A stretch of DNA of 64,000 nucleotides, taken from contig CAXGAI010000013.1 in the NCBI GenBank assembly GCA_964007735.1, positions 1 to 64,000 on the forward strand, read 5' to 3'. This stretch comes from an uncultured Rhodopirellula sp. Its GTDB lineage: Bacteria > Planctomycetota > Planctomycetia > Pirellulales > Pirellulaceae. The first letter of the stretch is position 1. Each line of letters begins with the position of its first letter. Below, piece after piece: positions 9,954 to 19,021 of the stretch. The notes under the pieces are model-generated. The model saw nothing but the letters and a program-made list of their open reading frames with translations. It did not search any database and was not told the origin of the DNA. The position numbers were made by a program, and so were the translations under genes.

Positions 9954-11237
9954 ATGTCAGAACAGTCTCTTCCTAAACCAGTTTGCCTTGGTCTCGATCC
10001 TAGTTTTGGATTTGGTGACCGCACAGGCGTTGCCACTCCTGGTCACGTCGCATCAATGAAGCGAGCTGGTAGCGGTATCCAACCTATTTTTCCGCAACAA
10101 TCCATCCGTGAGATGGCTCGGACTTCCCGAACCCCCATCGGCGTGATGACGGATGCATTACAGGGTATGGTCGATTCAGGCTGGACAGGAATTACCGGCG
10201 CTGATGCTGACCACTTGAAGACGAAAGAAGACGTCGATGTGACTGCCGAAGTGGGATTCACCTTCTTTACCATCGACCCTTCTGATTACGTGGACGCAGA
10301 AGCAGACGATTATGATGAAGCAACACTCCGGGAAAAATATGCTGAAGTGGCCGGCGAGGTAAACTGGGTCGGTGATTATCAGGGCAAGACCGTTACATTA
10401 TCCAATGGTACGGCTATTGATCTTAACGAAGAAGCCTGCCTGCGAGCTGCCGTGAAGTATGGCCGGTCTCTCAATCATGCTCTCGACCTATCAGCCTATA
10501 TTGCCCAGATACAACAAGCGGCCGGTCGTGATTATGAAATAGAATTGAGTGTCGATGAAACTGAACAGCCAACGACATTGGCTGAACACTACATCATTGC
10601 TGACCAATGTCTGAAGAATGAGATGAAACTTGTCAGCTTAGCTCCGCGTTTCATTGGCGAATTCGAAAAAGGCGTGGACTTCATTGGTGACCTCGAAGCT
10701 CTTAAAGTCTCTTTAAACGACCATGCTGAAATAGCTCGGTTGCTGGGACCTTACAAGCTTTCACTTCATAGTGGCTCAGATAAGCTGTCAATGTATGGGC
10801 TGTTGAGCAAAGCCACGAAGGGGTTATGGCATGTAAAAACTGCTGGAACGAGTTATCTGGAAGCATTACGCGTTGTCGCCAGACACGAAAAATCACTCTT
10901 CCGGGAAATCGTTGAATTCTCCCGCGAGCGGTACAACACCGATAAGGCAACGTATCACGTTCACGCCACTCTCGAAATGGTCGCAGCCCCGGCTGAGATC
11001 GACTGTGACACTGATCTGGAACGTCAGTATCTCGAACTTTGGGATGAAGTCCCCCAGGGCAAAGGTTTCACCCTTCCCGGACGACAAATTCTCCACTGCA
11101 CCTTCGGCAGTGTGCTTACCAATGAAAAATTGGGACCCTTGGTAGCAGATATTCTACGACAGCACCCAGATACCTACACAGAAGTTTTGGACGACCATTT
11201 CACTCGACATCTTCAAGCCCTGCAATCAGGCATGTAA
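9954..11237 (+). CDS. uxaE: Tagaturonate/fructuronate epimerase
   Basis: SFGFGDRTG, QQSIREMART, GADADHLK, ELSVDET, KLSLHSGSDK, HVKTAGTSYLEALR, RQILHCTFGSVL. Confidence 0.9.
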   Translation: MSEQSLPKPVCLGLDPSFGFGDRTGVATPGHVASMKRAGSGIQPIFPQQSIREMARTSRTPIGVMTDALQGMVDSGWTGITGADADHLKTKEDVDVTAEVGFTFFTIDPSDYVDAEADDYDEATLREKYAEVAGEVNWVGDYQGKTVTLSNGTAIDLNEEACLRAAVKYGRSLNHALDLSAYIAQIQQAAGRDYEIELSVDETEQPTTLAEHYIIADQCLKNEMKLVSLAPRFIGEFEKGVDFIGDLEALKVSLNDHAEIARLLGPYKLSLHSGSDKLSMYGLLSKATKGLWHVKTAGTSYLEALRVVARHEKSLFREIVEFSRERYNTDKATYHVHATLEMVAAPAEIDCDTDLERQYLELWDEVPQGKGFTLPGRQILHCTFGSVLTNEKLGPLVADILRQHPDTYTEVLDDHFTRHLQALQSGM

Positions 11238-11257
11238 TCGAAAGGAACCCGAGAGCC

Positions 11258-11704
11258 ATGCTAAAGCATCAGTTAATCCATCCAAAAATCAATGAAGTTT
11301 TAGGACGTGCGGGTCATCATTCCCGGGTCCTTATCGCGGATGGTAACTATCCGTGCTCTTCGACACTTGGCCCTAATGCCGAGCTGGTCAGCCTCAACCT
11401 TTCACCGGGTCTGCCAACGTGTGATCAAGTTCTTAAGGCCTTATTGACAGCCATTCCGGTCGAACGTGCGTGCACGATGATGTATGAAACCGAAGGCCCC
11501 TATGCACTCGACGGAGACCCACCCGTTTGGGAAGACTATCGAGCTTCTTTGAAGGAGGCCGGAGTCGATCTCGATCTGGAACCGATCGACAAATGGGATT
11601 TCTATCCGGAAGTCTCAACAGCCGATCATGTTCTTACGATTCAAACAGCAGATCAGCAACGCTTTGCGAATCTGTTGCTTCACGTTGGCGTTCGTATGGA
11701 CTAG
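11258..11704 (+). CDS. RbsD/FucU family sugar mutarotase/pyranase
   Basis: MLKHQLIHP, GHHSRVLIADGNYP, FANLLL. Confidence 0.85.
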   Translation: MLKHQLIHPKINEVLGRAGHHSRVLIADGNYPCSSTLGPNAELVSLNLSPGLPTCDQVLKALLTAIPVERACTMMYETEGPYALDGDPPVWEDYRASLKEAGVDLDLEPIDKWDFYPEVSTADHVLTIQTADQQRFANLLLHVGVRMD

Positions 11705-11724
11705 CAGCAAGCGAGCATTCCTCA

Positions 11725-12675
11725 ATGAAAACACGACGACTTGGAAACACTGATTTAGACCTGTCCGTAGTGAGCTTCGGAGCTTCTTCTTTAGGAGCGG
11801 AGTTTCGCAGCGTCGATGTGAATGAAGCCCTCTCTGCTGTTCCTGCAGCCATTGATTGCGGAATGAACTTCATCGACACCTCTCCGTACTACGGCCGAGG
11901 TATTGGTGAAGTTTTACTCGGAATTGCCTTAAAAGGTATCCCACGCGATAAGTATTTTTTGGGAACCAAGTTGGGGCGATACCATGTCAGCCATTTCGAC
12001 TTTTCAGCTCAGCGAGTGAAAGAAAGTGTCGACGTTAGTCTGCATCGGTTAGGTACGGATCACCTCGATATCATGTTGTGCCATGATATTGAATTCATTG
12101 ACCGCCAACAGATCGTCGACGAGACATTACCGGCATTGCGTGAAATTCAGCGGCAGGGAAAAGTTCGGTATATCGGGGTCTCTGGCTACCCGATGAGTAA
12201 TCTCACATTCATTCTGGATCAGACAGATCTCGATGTCGTCCTGAGCTACAACCACTACACATTACAAAACACCATGTTTGACGACATGGTCCCGTACCTG
12301 AAGGAAAAAGGAGTTGGCATTATGAATGCGGCTCCCTTCTCTGCCAGACTGCTTACCAATGCTCCGCTACCTGAATGGCACAAAGCAACACCATTCGTCC
12401 GCGAGACTTGCGAAAAGGCCGCCGCTCACTGCACAGCAGCTGGAATCGATATTGCGCAGTTGGCATTACAGTTTTCCATCGCCAATGAAGAGATGACGAC
12501 CTGTATCACTGGTAGTGCTAATCAAGCACGGATCCGGCAATGGGCAGAGTGGGCTGAAATACCTCTGGACGAAACACTCGTTGCAGAGGTTCAGGACATT
12601 CTGAAACCAATTCACAATTGGTTCTACATTGAAGGGCGACCTGAAAATAATGACCCCTTGCCAGAACAAAAATAA
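11725..12675 (+). CDS. Aldo/keto reductase, L-galactose/L-fucose dehydrogenase-like
   Basis: Start moved to ATG 11725 (MKTRRLGNTDL); NFIDTSPYYG, GTKLGRY, CHDIEF, GKVRYIGVSGYP. Confidence 0.85.
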   Translation: MKTRRLGNTDLDLSVVSFGASSLGAEFRSVDVNEALSAVPAAIDCGMNFIDTSPYYGRGIGEVLLGIALKGIPRDKYFLGTKLGRYHVSHFDFSAQRVKESVDVSLHRLGTDHLDIMLCHDIEFIDRQQIVDETLPALREIQRQGKVRYIGVSGYPMSNLTFILDQTDLDVVLSYNHYTLQNTMFDDMVPYLKEKGVGIMNAAPFSARLLTNAPLPEWHKATPFVRETCEKAAAHCTAAGIDIAQLALQFSIANEEMTTCITGSANQARIRQWAEWAEIPLDETLVAEVQDILKPIHNWFYIEGRPENNDPLPEQK

Positions 12676-12687
12676 CGGACAACCCCT

Positions 12688-13536
12688 ATGGTATTGAAGA
12701 TTGACGCCCATCATCACTTCTGGGATCTCACTCGTCCCGAATTCGATTACGACTGGCTTTCAGCTCCGGGTCATGAAGCGATTTGCCAGACTTATCTTCC
12801 AGCAACACTGGCCGGGCACATCGAAGCCGTCGGTGTCGATAAAACCGTTCTGGTTCAAACACAGCACACGCTACTAGAGAACGATTGGGCATTGGAACTC
12901 GCCTCTCAAACCGATTACATCGCCGGCGTTGTGGGATGGGTCGATCTGACTGCGGCAGATATCGAGGACCAACTACTACAATATAAAGATCAGAAAAAAT
13001 TTGTCGGTATTCGGCATATTACTCAGGATGAGCCTGACGACAACTTCATCATTCGTGAGGATGTATTAGGCGGATTGAAAGTACTCGAAAAGCACCATGT
13101 TCCCTTTGACCTGCTTTTCTATGTCAAACATCTTCATCATGCTCAGCAACTGGGGCAACAGTTTCCCGAACTTCCCATGGTGATTGACCATCTGGCTAAA
13201 CCCGAAATCAAGCACCAGCGGTTTGATAACTGGGAGGCCCATATTAAATCAGCTGCTAAGTTCCCAAATATTATGTGTAAGTTGTCCGGTATGGTGACCG
13301 AAGCAGATTGGGCCAATTGGAATCCCGCTGATCTAAAACCGTATATCGAGGTCACACTGGAAGCTTTCGGACCAGAACGCTGTATGTTTGGCTCTGACTG
13401 GCCAGTCTGTGAATTGGCAGCGAGCTATCAGGATGTCCATAACGCTTTGAGCGAAACCATCGGTAATCTTGGTAAGAGTGAGTTAGAGAACATCTTTGGT
13501 GAAACGGCAAACCGTTTCTATCGACTCGGGCTCTAA
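12688..13536 (+). CDS. Amidohydrolase-family sugar lactonase (L-fucono-/L-galactono-lactonase-like)
   Basis: IDAHHHFW, GVVGWVDL, VIDHLAKP, CKLSGMVTEA, MFGSDWPVC. Confidence 0.9.
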   Translation: MVLKIDAHHHFWDLTRPEFDYDWLSAPGHEAICQTYLPATLAGHIEAVGVDKTVLVQTQHTLLENDWALELASQTDYIAGVVGWVDLTAADIEDQLLQYKDQKKFVGIRHITQDEPDDNFIIREDVLGGLKVLEKHHVPFDLLFYVKHLHHAQQLGQQFPELPMVIDHLAKPEIKHQRFDNWEAHIKSAAKFPNIMCKLSGMVTEADWANWNPADLKPYIEVTLEAFGPERCMFGSDWPVCELAASYQDVHNALSETIGNLGKSELENIFGETANRFYRLGL

Positions 13537-13745
13537 GCCCTGCAATGGTTTATTTCCTGACTTCAAAGAATGTGAGCACGCCCAGCCGTTCTTTGAACAT
13601 CGCAATTTATGCCTAAAGTAACTTAACGCTGAGCGTTAGCCTTTACGCAACACATTCTTCGTTTGCTGTTCATAACCTAGCTAGTGGGATATACTGCCAT
13701 ACTTATCACTCGCTCCCGCGACAGCCTGAGGACGATTAAGGCGTA

Positions 13746-14537
13746 ATGGAATACTTAGGGAATTTTGAAGTCTGGCAATATATTGTCTTCTCTGGTGTCT
13801 TCTTCGTCAGTTGCTTGCTTCAGGGAGTTATCGGATTCGGAGCAGGTGCCTTCGGGATTCCGATTCTTTATTTCTGTGGTTTTGAAATTGATACTGCCAT
13901 TGCAGCTATTACCATCGCCTCGATGACGCAATCCGGTATTGGTGCCTGGAAACTCTCTAACGCGATCTCATGGCCTTCTACGGTTCGTCCCGGGCTCATC
14001 CGAATCCTCTTTATATTCCCCGGAGTCGTTGGGCTCCATTATCTCAATAACTACGGAGATTCCCCCGAGGAAAGCCGTCAGTTGATACAGCAATCGATCG
14101 GGATTGTCTTGATATTAATTGTGGTTGCCAAGGGCTTCATCAAACTTGAGTCTCAGCAAGACCTACCTGTCATCTGGGAATACATTGCGTTTTCCATCAG
14201 TGGAGTCATGCTTGGATTTATTGGTATGGGCGGTCCGGCGGTTGCCTTGTGGGTGATGTGTCAGCCCTGGGACTCCAAGCAAAGCCGGGGATTTCTTTTC
14301 GCCATGCTTTTCTATGGCATGATTCCACTAGCGATCATGTTGGTTTGGCAGTTCGGTGCTACATCGATGACTGGATTAATACTGGGAATCCTCGGACTAC
14401 CGGTCGTGTTTATGGGAACGGAAATCGGAATTCGAGTGGGTAATAAACTTGATCGCAAGAAACTGCAACACTACGCACTGGCTGCATTATTCCTGATTGG
14501 AATGAGTGCCATACTCAAGCCATACCTGATGGGCTGA
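13746..14537 (+). CDS. TauE/SafE sulfite-exporter family membrane protein
   Basis: LQGVIGFGAG and GFIGMGGP motifs, ~8 TM segments. Confidence 0.75.
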   Translation: MEYLGNFEVWQYIVFSGVFFVSCLLQGVIGFGAGAFGIPILYFCGFEIDTAIAAITIASMTQSGIGAWKLSNAISWPSTVRPGLIRILFIFPGVVGLHYLNNYGDSPEESRQLIQQSIGIVLILIVVAKGFIKLESQQDLPVIWEYIAFSISGVMLGFIGMGGPAVALWVMCQPWDSKQSRGFLFAMLFYGMIPLAIMLVWQFGATSMTGLILGILGLPVVFMGTEIGIRVGNKLDRKKLQHYALAALFLIGMSAILKPYLMG

Positions 14538-14547
14538 ATAAAAGCGA

Positions 14548-15891
14548 TTAAAGAACCTGACTAGCTAAATCAGCTAACGCTGAACGCTCACCTTTTTCCA
14601 GCATTACATGGGCGTAGATATCCTGTCCTTTCATCCGACTAATCAGGAACGAAAGGCCATTGGACTCTGTATCCAGGTAGGGATGATCAATCTGGTGGAT
14701 GTCGCCCGTAAGTACAATCTTCGTCCCCTCACCAGCTCGGGTAATAATTGTTTTCATTTCATGGGGAGTCAAGTTCTGGGCCTCATCCACGATGAAGTAA
14801 ACATTCTGCAAGCTACGTCCACGAATGTAACTCAGGGGAGTCAGCACCAGTTTTTCATTTTCCAACATACTACGAATCCCAATTTGGCGAGGGTCGGTCG
14901 TTGCAAACTGATTTTGAATCACTTTCAGATTGTCATATAACGGCTGCATATATGGATCCATCTTGGCGTCAATGTCGCCGGGGAGATAGCCTAAGTCCCG
15001 ATTCGATAAAGGAACAATCGGTCTCCCCATCAGGACTTGCTGATAGGAATTATTTCGCTCTAAGGCGGCGGCCAATGCCAGCAGGGTCTTCCCTGTCCCA
15101 GCCTTACCTGCGAGCGTTACCAGTTTGATACTGTCATCAAGTAGTGCCTGCAAAGCAAAAGTTTGCTCTACGTTTTTAGGCTGAATACCATAGGCATTTG
15201 GTTTTTCAACTCGGCAAAACGAATGCACTCCGGCATTATAGGTTGCCAATGTGCTTCTGGATCCGTTGCGAAAGACAAAGAACTCGTTGGCATGCAATTC
15301 GATATTATCCGCGAGAGACATTTGCTCGACATCTATCGTTCCACCATTTGCATAAAAGTCATCAATGGCTTGCGGTGCTGTTTCAAGAATTTGTGTTCCT
15401 CGATACAACTGTGTCACATCATCCACTTTGTCAGTGGTATAGTCCTGGGCAATGATTTTGAGACCACGTGCTTTCAGTCGCAGGTTGGTATCTTTGGTAA
15501 TCAAGATCACCTTGCGATCAGGATGCTTTTGTTGCAGCAATAACGCGGTATTCAAAATACGGTGATCCGGACAGTCCTGCAAAAATGCCCGACCCAGCTT
15601 TTGATTCAGCTGATCTGTTAAGACAATCCATAACCTTCCGGACTGTTCGCCAAGACTGACACCATCTTCGTTCAGAACATCATCACTATATGCATCTACT
15701 TTTCGCAGAAAACGGCGCGCTTGTAGATTCCGATTCTGGTTTCCTTTTTTGAACTTATCCAGTTCTTCCAAAACTACCATAGGAATGACAACATCATGCT
15801 CATCAAAATTAAGAAAGCACTCTCCGTCATGCAAAATGACGTTCGTATCCAGAACAAAGAGTTTCTTACCACCAAGGGGTAACTGGATCAT
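14548..15891 (-). CDS. phoH: PIN + PhoH-family ATPase (PhoH2/YlaK type)
   Basis: N-terminal PIN (VLDTNV, EELD, DHRIL, TKDTNLR), Walker A GKAGTGKT, YIRGRS, DEAQN, TRAGEG, GDIHQID. Confidence 0.92.
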   Translation of the reverse strand: MIQLPLGGKKLFVLDTNVILHDGECFLNFDEHDVVIPMVVLEELDKFKKGNQNRNLQARRFLRKVDAYSDDVLNEDGVSLGEQSGRLWIVLTDQLNQKLGRAFLQDCPDHRILNTALLLQQKHPDRKVILITKDTNLRLKARGLKIIAQDYTTDKVDDVTQLYRGTQILETAPQAIDDFYANGGTIDVEQMSLADNIELHANEFFVFRNGSRSTLATYNAGVHSFCRVEKPNAYGIQPKNVEQTFALQALLDDSIKLVTLAGKAGTGKTLLALAAALERNNSYQQVLMGRPIVPLSNRDLGYLPGDIDAKMDPYMQPLYDNLKVIQNQFATTDPRQIGIRSMLENEKLVLTPLSYIRGRSLQNVYFIVDEAQNLTPHEMKTIITRAGEGTKIVLTGDIHQIDHPYLDTESNGLSFLISRMKGQDIYAHVMLEKGERSALADLASQVL

Positions 15892-16042
15892 GGAGACCTC
15901 CTGTCTCTATAGCTGTTGTAAGTCAAACAGCATCCTTGTCCACTCCTGAAAATAATATGCAAGCTGTTGGAGCCATTTCGTCAGGAGTCTGACGGGACTT
16001 TCGAAAGGAGTACGCAGGACACCTCTCAAGCCCCGCCTTAAT

Positions 16043-16888
16043 CTACTTGTTATGAGGGAATGATACGATTCCGAGTTCCCACAGGTCAATAACAACTGTC
16101 TGCATATCTTGATAACCACCAGAAAATCCTGCTCGGATCATACGCAAAACCAATGTTTTCAATGCCGTTGTGTTACAAGAGGCCTTTTGCTCGTCATCCC
16201 AGGTATTGTCCAATTGACGCAATTCCAACTCTGGTACAGCTGTAGCATCCTGACCAAACAAGCAAAAGCTAAATAATGCTCCAAGAGATCGGATATCTCT
16301 TTCAATGGTCTGTTGCTCCGATTCAGGAATGCTATTGGGGAACACATTGGATGTCTCAAACCATTCATCCGTGGATTGGCAGACACCGTTTTCAAAAACC
16401 TCATTCGGAATTCGAAATCTCACTTCACCTGCTTCATCCAGATAAATGTTACTGGCATCTAAGGCAGATCGCATGGGTAATCGAAAGCTGTGAAGATTCG
16501 ATAGAACATGAGCAACTCTTGTGATCACTTCGATAGCTATTTCTTCAGGCAAGGCTCCATAGTTGTAAACAAGATCTGCCAGCGAATCTAAGTGACGCCG
16601 GTGTTGTTCCTCCTGAAAATCCTCATCAAGCATTACGTTGGGATGAAAAGATAAGCTAGCTTTCAAGTCTTTGCAAATTTTCTGCTTACCTGCCGTTTTG
16701 ACTTCCTCTAATGCAATTACCATTGCTGGCAGTCCCTCTCCGTTATTGAGTGCAATCCATGTTGTTTTAATATGCGTAAAGTCTACTGGAGGAATATTGA
16801 GATTCGATAAGTCACTTATGAGATTTGTGTAAAGCTCTGTGAATTCAACTTCACGCAGCTCGGCGTTTCCGCGGAAGAATCTCACCAT
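16043..16888 (-). CDS. Hypothetical protein with a degenerate protein-kinase-like C-lobe
   Basis: SLADLV..YGALPEEIAIEVITRVAHVLSNLHS, ASNIYLDEAGEVRF and DIRSLGALFSFCLFG resemble Hanks kinase subdomains V-IX, but HRD and DFG are absent. Confidence 0.5.
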   Translation of the reverse strand: MVRFFRGNAELREVEFTELYTNLISDLSNLNIPPVDFTHIKTTWIALNNGEGLPAMVIALEEVKTAGKQKICKDLKASLSFHPNVMLDEDFQEEQHRRHLDSLADLVYNYGALPEEIAIEVITRVAHVLSNLHSFRLPMRSALDASNIYLDEAGEVRFRIPNEVFENGVCQSTDEWFETSNVFPNSIPESEQQTIERDIRSLGALFSFCLFGQDATAVPELELRQLDNTWDDEQKASCNTTALKTLVLRMIRAGFSGGYQDMQTVVIDLWELGIVSFPHNK

Positions 16889-17507
16889 GCTTTAAATAAT
16901 AGACGTGAGCGGCAACATCACTGCAATGATCTGTTAATGCTGCAAGCGATCTGGCGCATTCGAGCAGATACACCGCTTCGGTCACTGCCTGCTTCTGCTC
17001 CCGCACAACTTCTTGTAATAGCTGCATCACATCGATCAATTGCTCAGCAACTGTCGTTCGGGTTTCGAACACGGTCTGCATCAGCCGGATATCTTCACGA
17101 ATGTAGGCTTCTATTGAATCTGATATGCTGCGTGCTGCCAAATATCCCATGGACTCGAGTTGCCCCACTAAGCTGGCACAGGTAGAGGAACTGAAGTAAC
17201 TGGCAAATTGGGCTATATCCACTGCTAAGCGACTAATATTCTTTAATTCACGTGCAACTTTTAAGACGGCAGCAATACGCCTTAAGTCTCCCGCTACAGG
17301 TTGATGTAAAGTCAACAGTTCTAGACATTGCTTTTCGAGACTCGATTCCCGCTGGTGAAGTATCTCCCCTTGTAAATTGAGGTCCTCAAAAAATCCGGAA
17401 GCACCACTTACGGCCCGTACAGCATCTGAAACCATGGATTCAACCAAGGTGCAAGATACAACAAGATCGCGGTGCAAATCTTCGATAGACTTTCGAAGTA
17501 CTACCAC
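16851..17507 (-). CDS. Divergent PhoU-domain protein
   Basis: CLELLTLHQPVAGDLRRIAAVLK is a PhoU hallmark. Likely start is GTG 17507 after a GGAGAGG RBS (the track used 17543). Confidence 0.75.
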   Translation of the reverse strand: MVVLRKSIEDLHRDLVVSCTLVESMVSDAVRAVSGASGFFEDLNLQGEILHQRESSLEKQCLELLTLHQPVAGDLRRIAAVLKVARELKNISRLAVDIAQFASYFSSSTCASLVGQLESMGYLAARSISDSIEAYIREDIRLMQTVFETRTTVAEQLIDVMQLLQEVVREQKQAVTEAVYLLECARSLAALTDHCSDVAAHVYYLKHGEILPRKRRAA

Positions 17508-17672
17508 TGGTACCTCTCCTGTACATTTTGACAAACACTGCAAAACTAGTCTTTTGCAATCAATTCTCTCGTAGAATCAAATGCCTGATAGCCTCGCATA
17601 GCCTTTAAAAAAGTATCGGCAAAACGTAACAAAAGGCTATTAAGGCTAGTAAAACCTCCGATGAACTCCACG

Positions 17673-17721
17673 TTAATGATTCTTAACACTTCGTTCACAC
17701 TCTGCTAATTGTTTCCTAATA
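17673..17721 (+). promoter_or_regulatory. Pho-box-like direct repeats upstream of pstS1
   Basis: TTAACA 17683, TTCACA 17694, CTAATT 17705, CTAATA 17716 at 11-bp period; a further TTAACA at ~17738. Confidence 0.6.
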
Positions 17722-17824
17722 CAACTGGCGGCAAGTCTTAACATTCGTGGTGTTAAATATTGCTCAGTAGTTAATAAGTAATCCGTTCAACTTACCGTAC
17801 ACTTTTAATTTAGGGAGAGCTAAC

Positions 17825-18787
17825 ATGAAAAAGTTGCTCTGTTCAGCTGTTATTTTTACAGCATTTACCGTTGGCCAAGTTTTTGGTCAGGGTGTCCAGG
17901 TTGATAGCAACCTGAAAGACTATACGCCTGTTGCTGGTGTCGCTGGCACGATCAAAAGCGTTGGTTCAGACACAATGAATAATATGATGACATTATGGTC
18001 AGAAGGCTTCTTGAAGTACTATCCAAGTGTCCGTGTTGAAATCGAAGGGAAAGGTTCCTCAACAGCTCCTCCGGCTTTAATCTCTGGTACTTCAACATTC
18101 GGTCCTATGAGCCGAAAAATGAAAGACGCCGAAGTTGATGCCTTCGAAAAGCAGTATGGTTACAAGCCAACTCAGGTCGGAACAAGCATCGACATGCTGG
18201 CCGTCTATGTTAACAAAGACAATCCGGTTAAAGGCATGTCTCTAGCTCACGTGGATGCGATCTTCTCTAGTACTCGCAAGCTTGGTCTGGATGAAATCAA
18301 TAACTGGGATCAGGTTGGTGTCAAAGACCTCGGAGCTATTAGCCTCTATGGCCGCAACTCTGCTTCTGGGACTTACGGTTACTTCAAGAAGAACGTTCTT
18401 GGCGAAGGCGACTACAAAGCTACTGTTAAGGAGCAACCAGGTAGTGCTTCTGTTGTTCAGGGTGTAGCCTCTGACAAAGCTGGCATTGGTTATTCCGGCA
18501 TTGGTTACAAGACTGCTGATGTTCGTGCCGTACCGCTCGCTTCAGAGGAAGGTGGGGAGGCTGTTCCAGCCACAGCAGAATTCGCTTACTCCGGCGACTA
18601 CCCGCTGGCTCGTTTCTTGTGGTTGAGTGTTAACTACAAACCTGGGAGCCAACTAGATCCGCTTCGTCGCGAATTCATGAAGTATATTTTCAGTCGTCAG
18701 GGGCAAGAAGCTGTTGTGAAAGACGGTTACTTCCCTGTCAACGCAAAAGTAGCTAATGGAGCTTTGAATGCCGTAGGCATCAAATAA
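17825..18787 (+). CDS. pstS: Phosphate ABC transporter substrate-binding protein (copy 1)
   Basis: VGSDTM, GKGSSTA, GRNSASGTYGYF, GYSGIGY, YPLARFL; signal peptide. Confidence 0.95.
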   Translation: MKKLLCSAVIFTAFTVGQVFGQGVQVDSNLKDYTPVAGVAGTIKSVGSDTMNNMMTLWSEGFLKYYPSVRVEIEGKGSSTAPPALISGTSTFGPMSRKMKDAEVDAFEKQYGYKPTQVGTSIDMLAVYVNKDNPVKGMSLAHVDAIFSSTRKLGLDEINNWDQVGVKDLGAISLYGRNSASGTYGYFKKNVLGEGDYKATVKEQPGSASVVQGVASDKAGIGYSGIGYKTADVRAVPLASEEGGEAVPATAEFAYSGDYPLARFLWLSVNYKPGSQLDPLRREFMKYIFSRQGQEAVVKDGYFPVNAKVANGALNAVGIK

Positions 18788-18894
18788 GCCCCTCCACTAG
18801 CTCAGAGGAAGTTAGGTAATTAGCAGTATGAAGATGCTTCAACTCCGAGAAGATTGCCTAACATTCGCAGGTATAAATGGATAGTTCCCGCGAC

Positions 18895-18933
18895 ACGGGT
18901 GGCGGCTCTCCCTTCGGGGAGGTCGTCGCCCGT
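18895..18933 (+). other. GC-rich intergenic stem-loop with cUUCGg tetraloop after pstS1 (attenuator/mRNA stabiliser candidate)
   Basis: ACGGGTGGCGGCTCTCCC-TTCG-GGGAGGTCGTCGCCCGT. Confidence 0.6.
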
Positions 18934-19021
18934 CCTTTAACCCAAAATCTATCCGGAAAACATACGTAATTTACAAAATACACAAATTAAAAATAGAATC
19001 AGCTAAAAGCGATTTTTTCTT

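Noticed and set aside
11527..11724. N-terminal extensions in the track (AKR 11527, glnK 49484, cysC 55422, phoB 31676, beta-helix 41033)
   Set aside because: They overlap neighbouring genes or lack family similarity; downstream ATGs match family N-termini.
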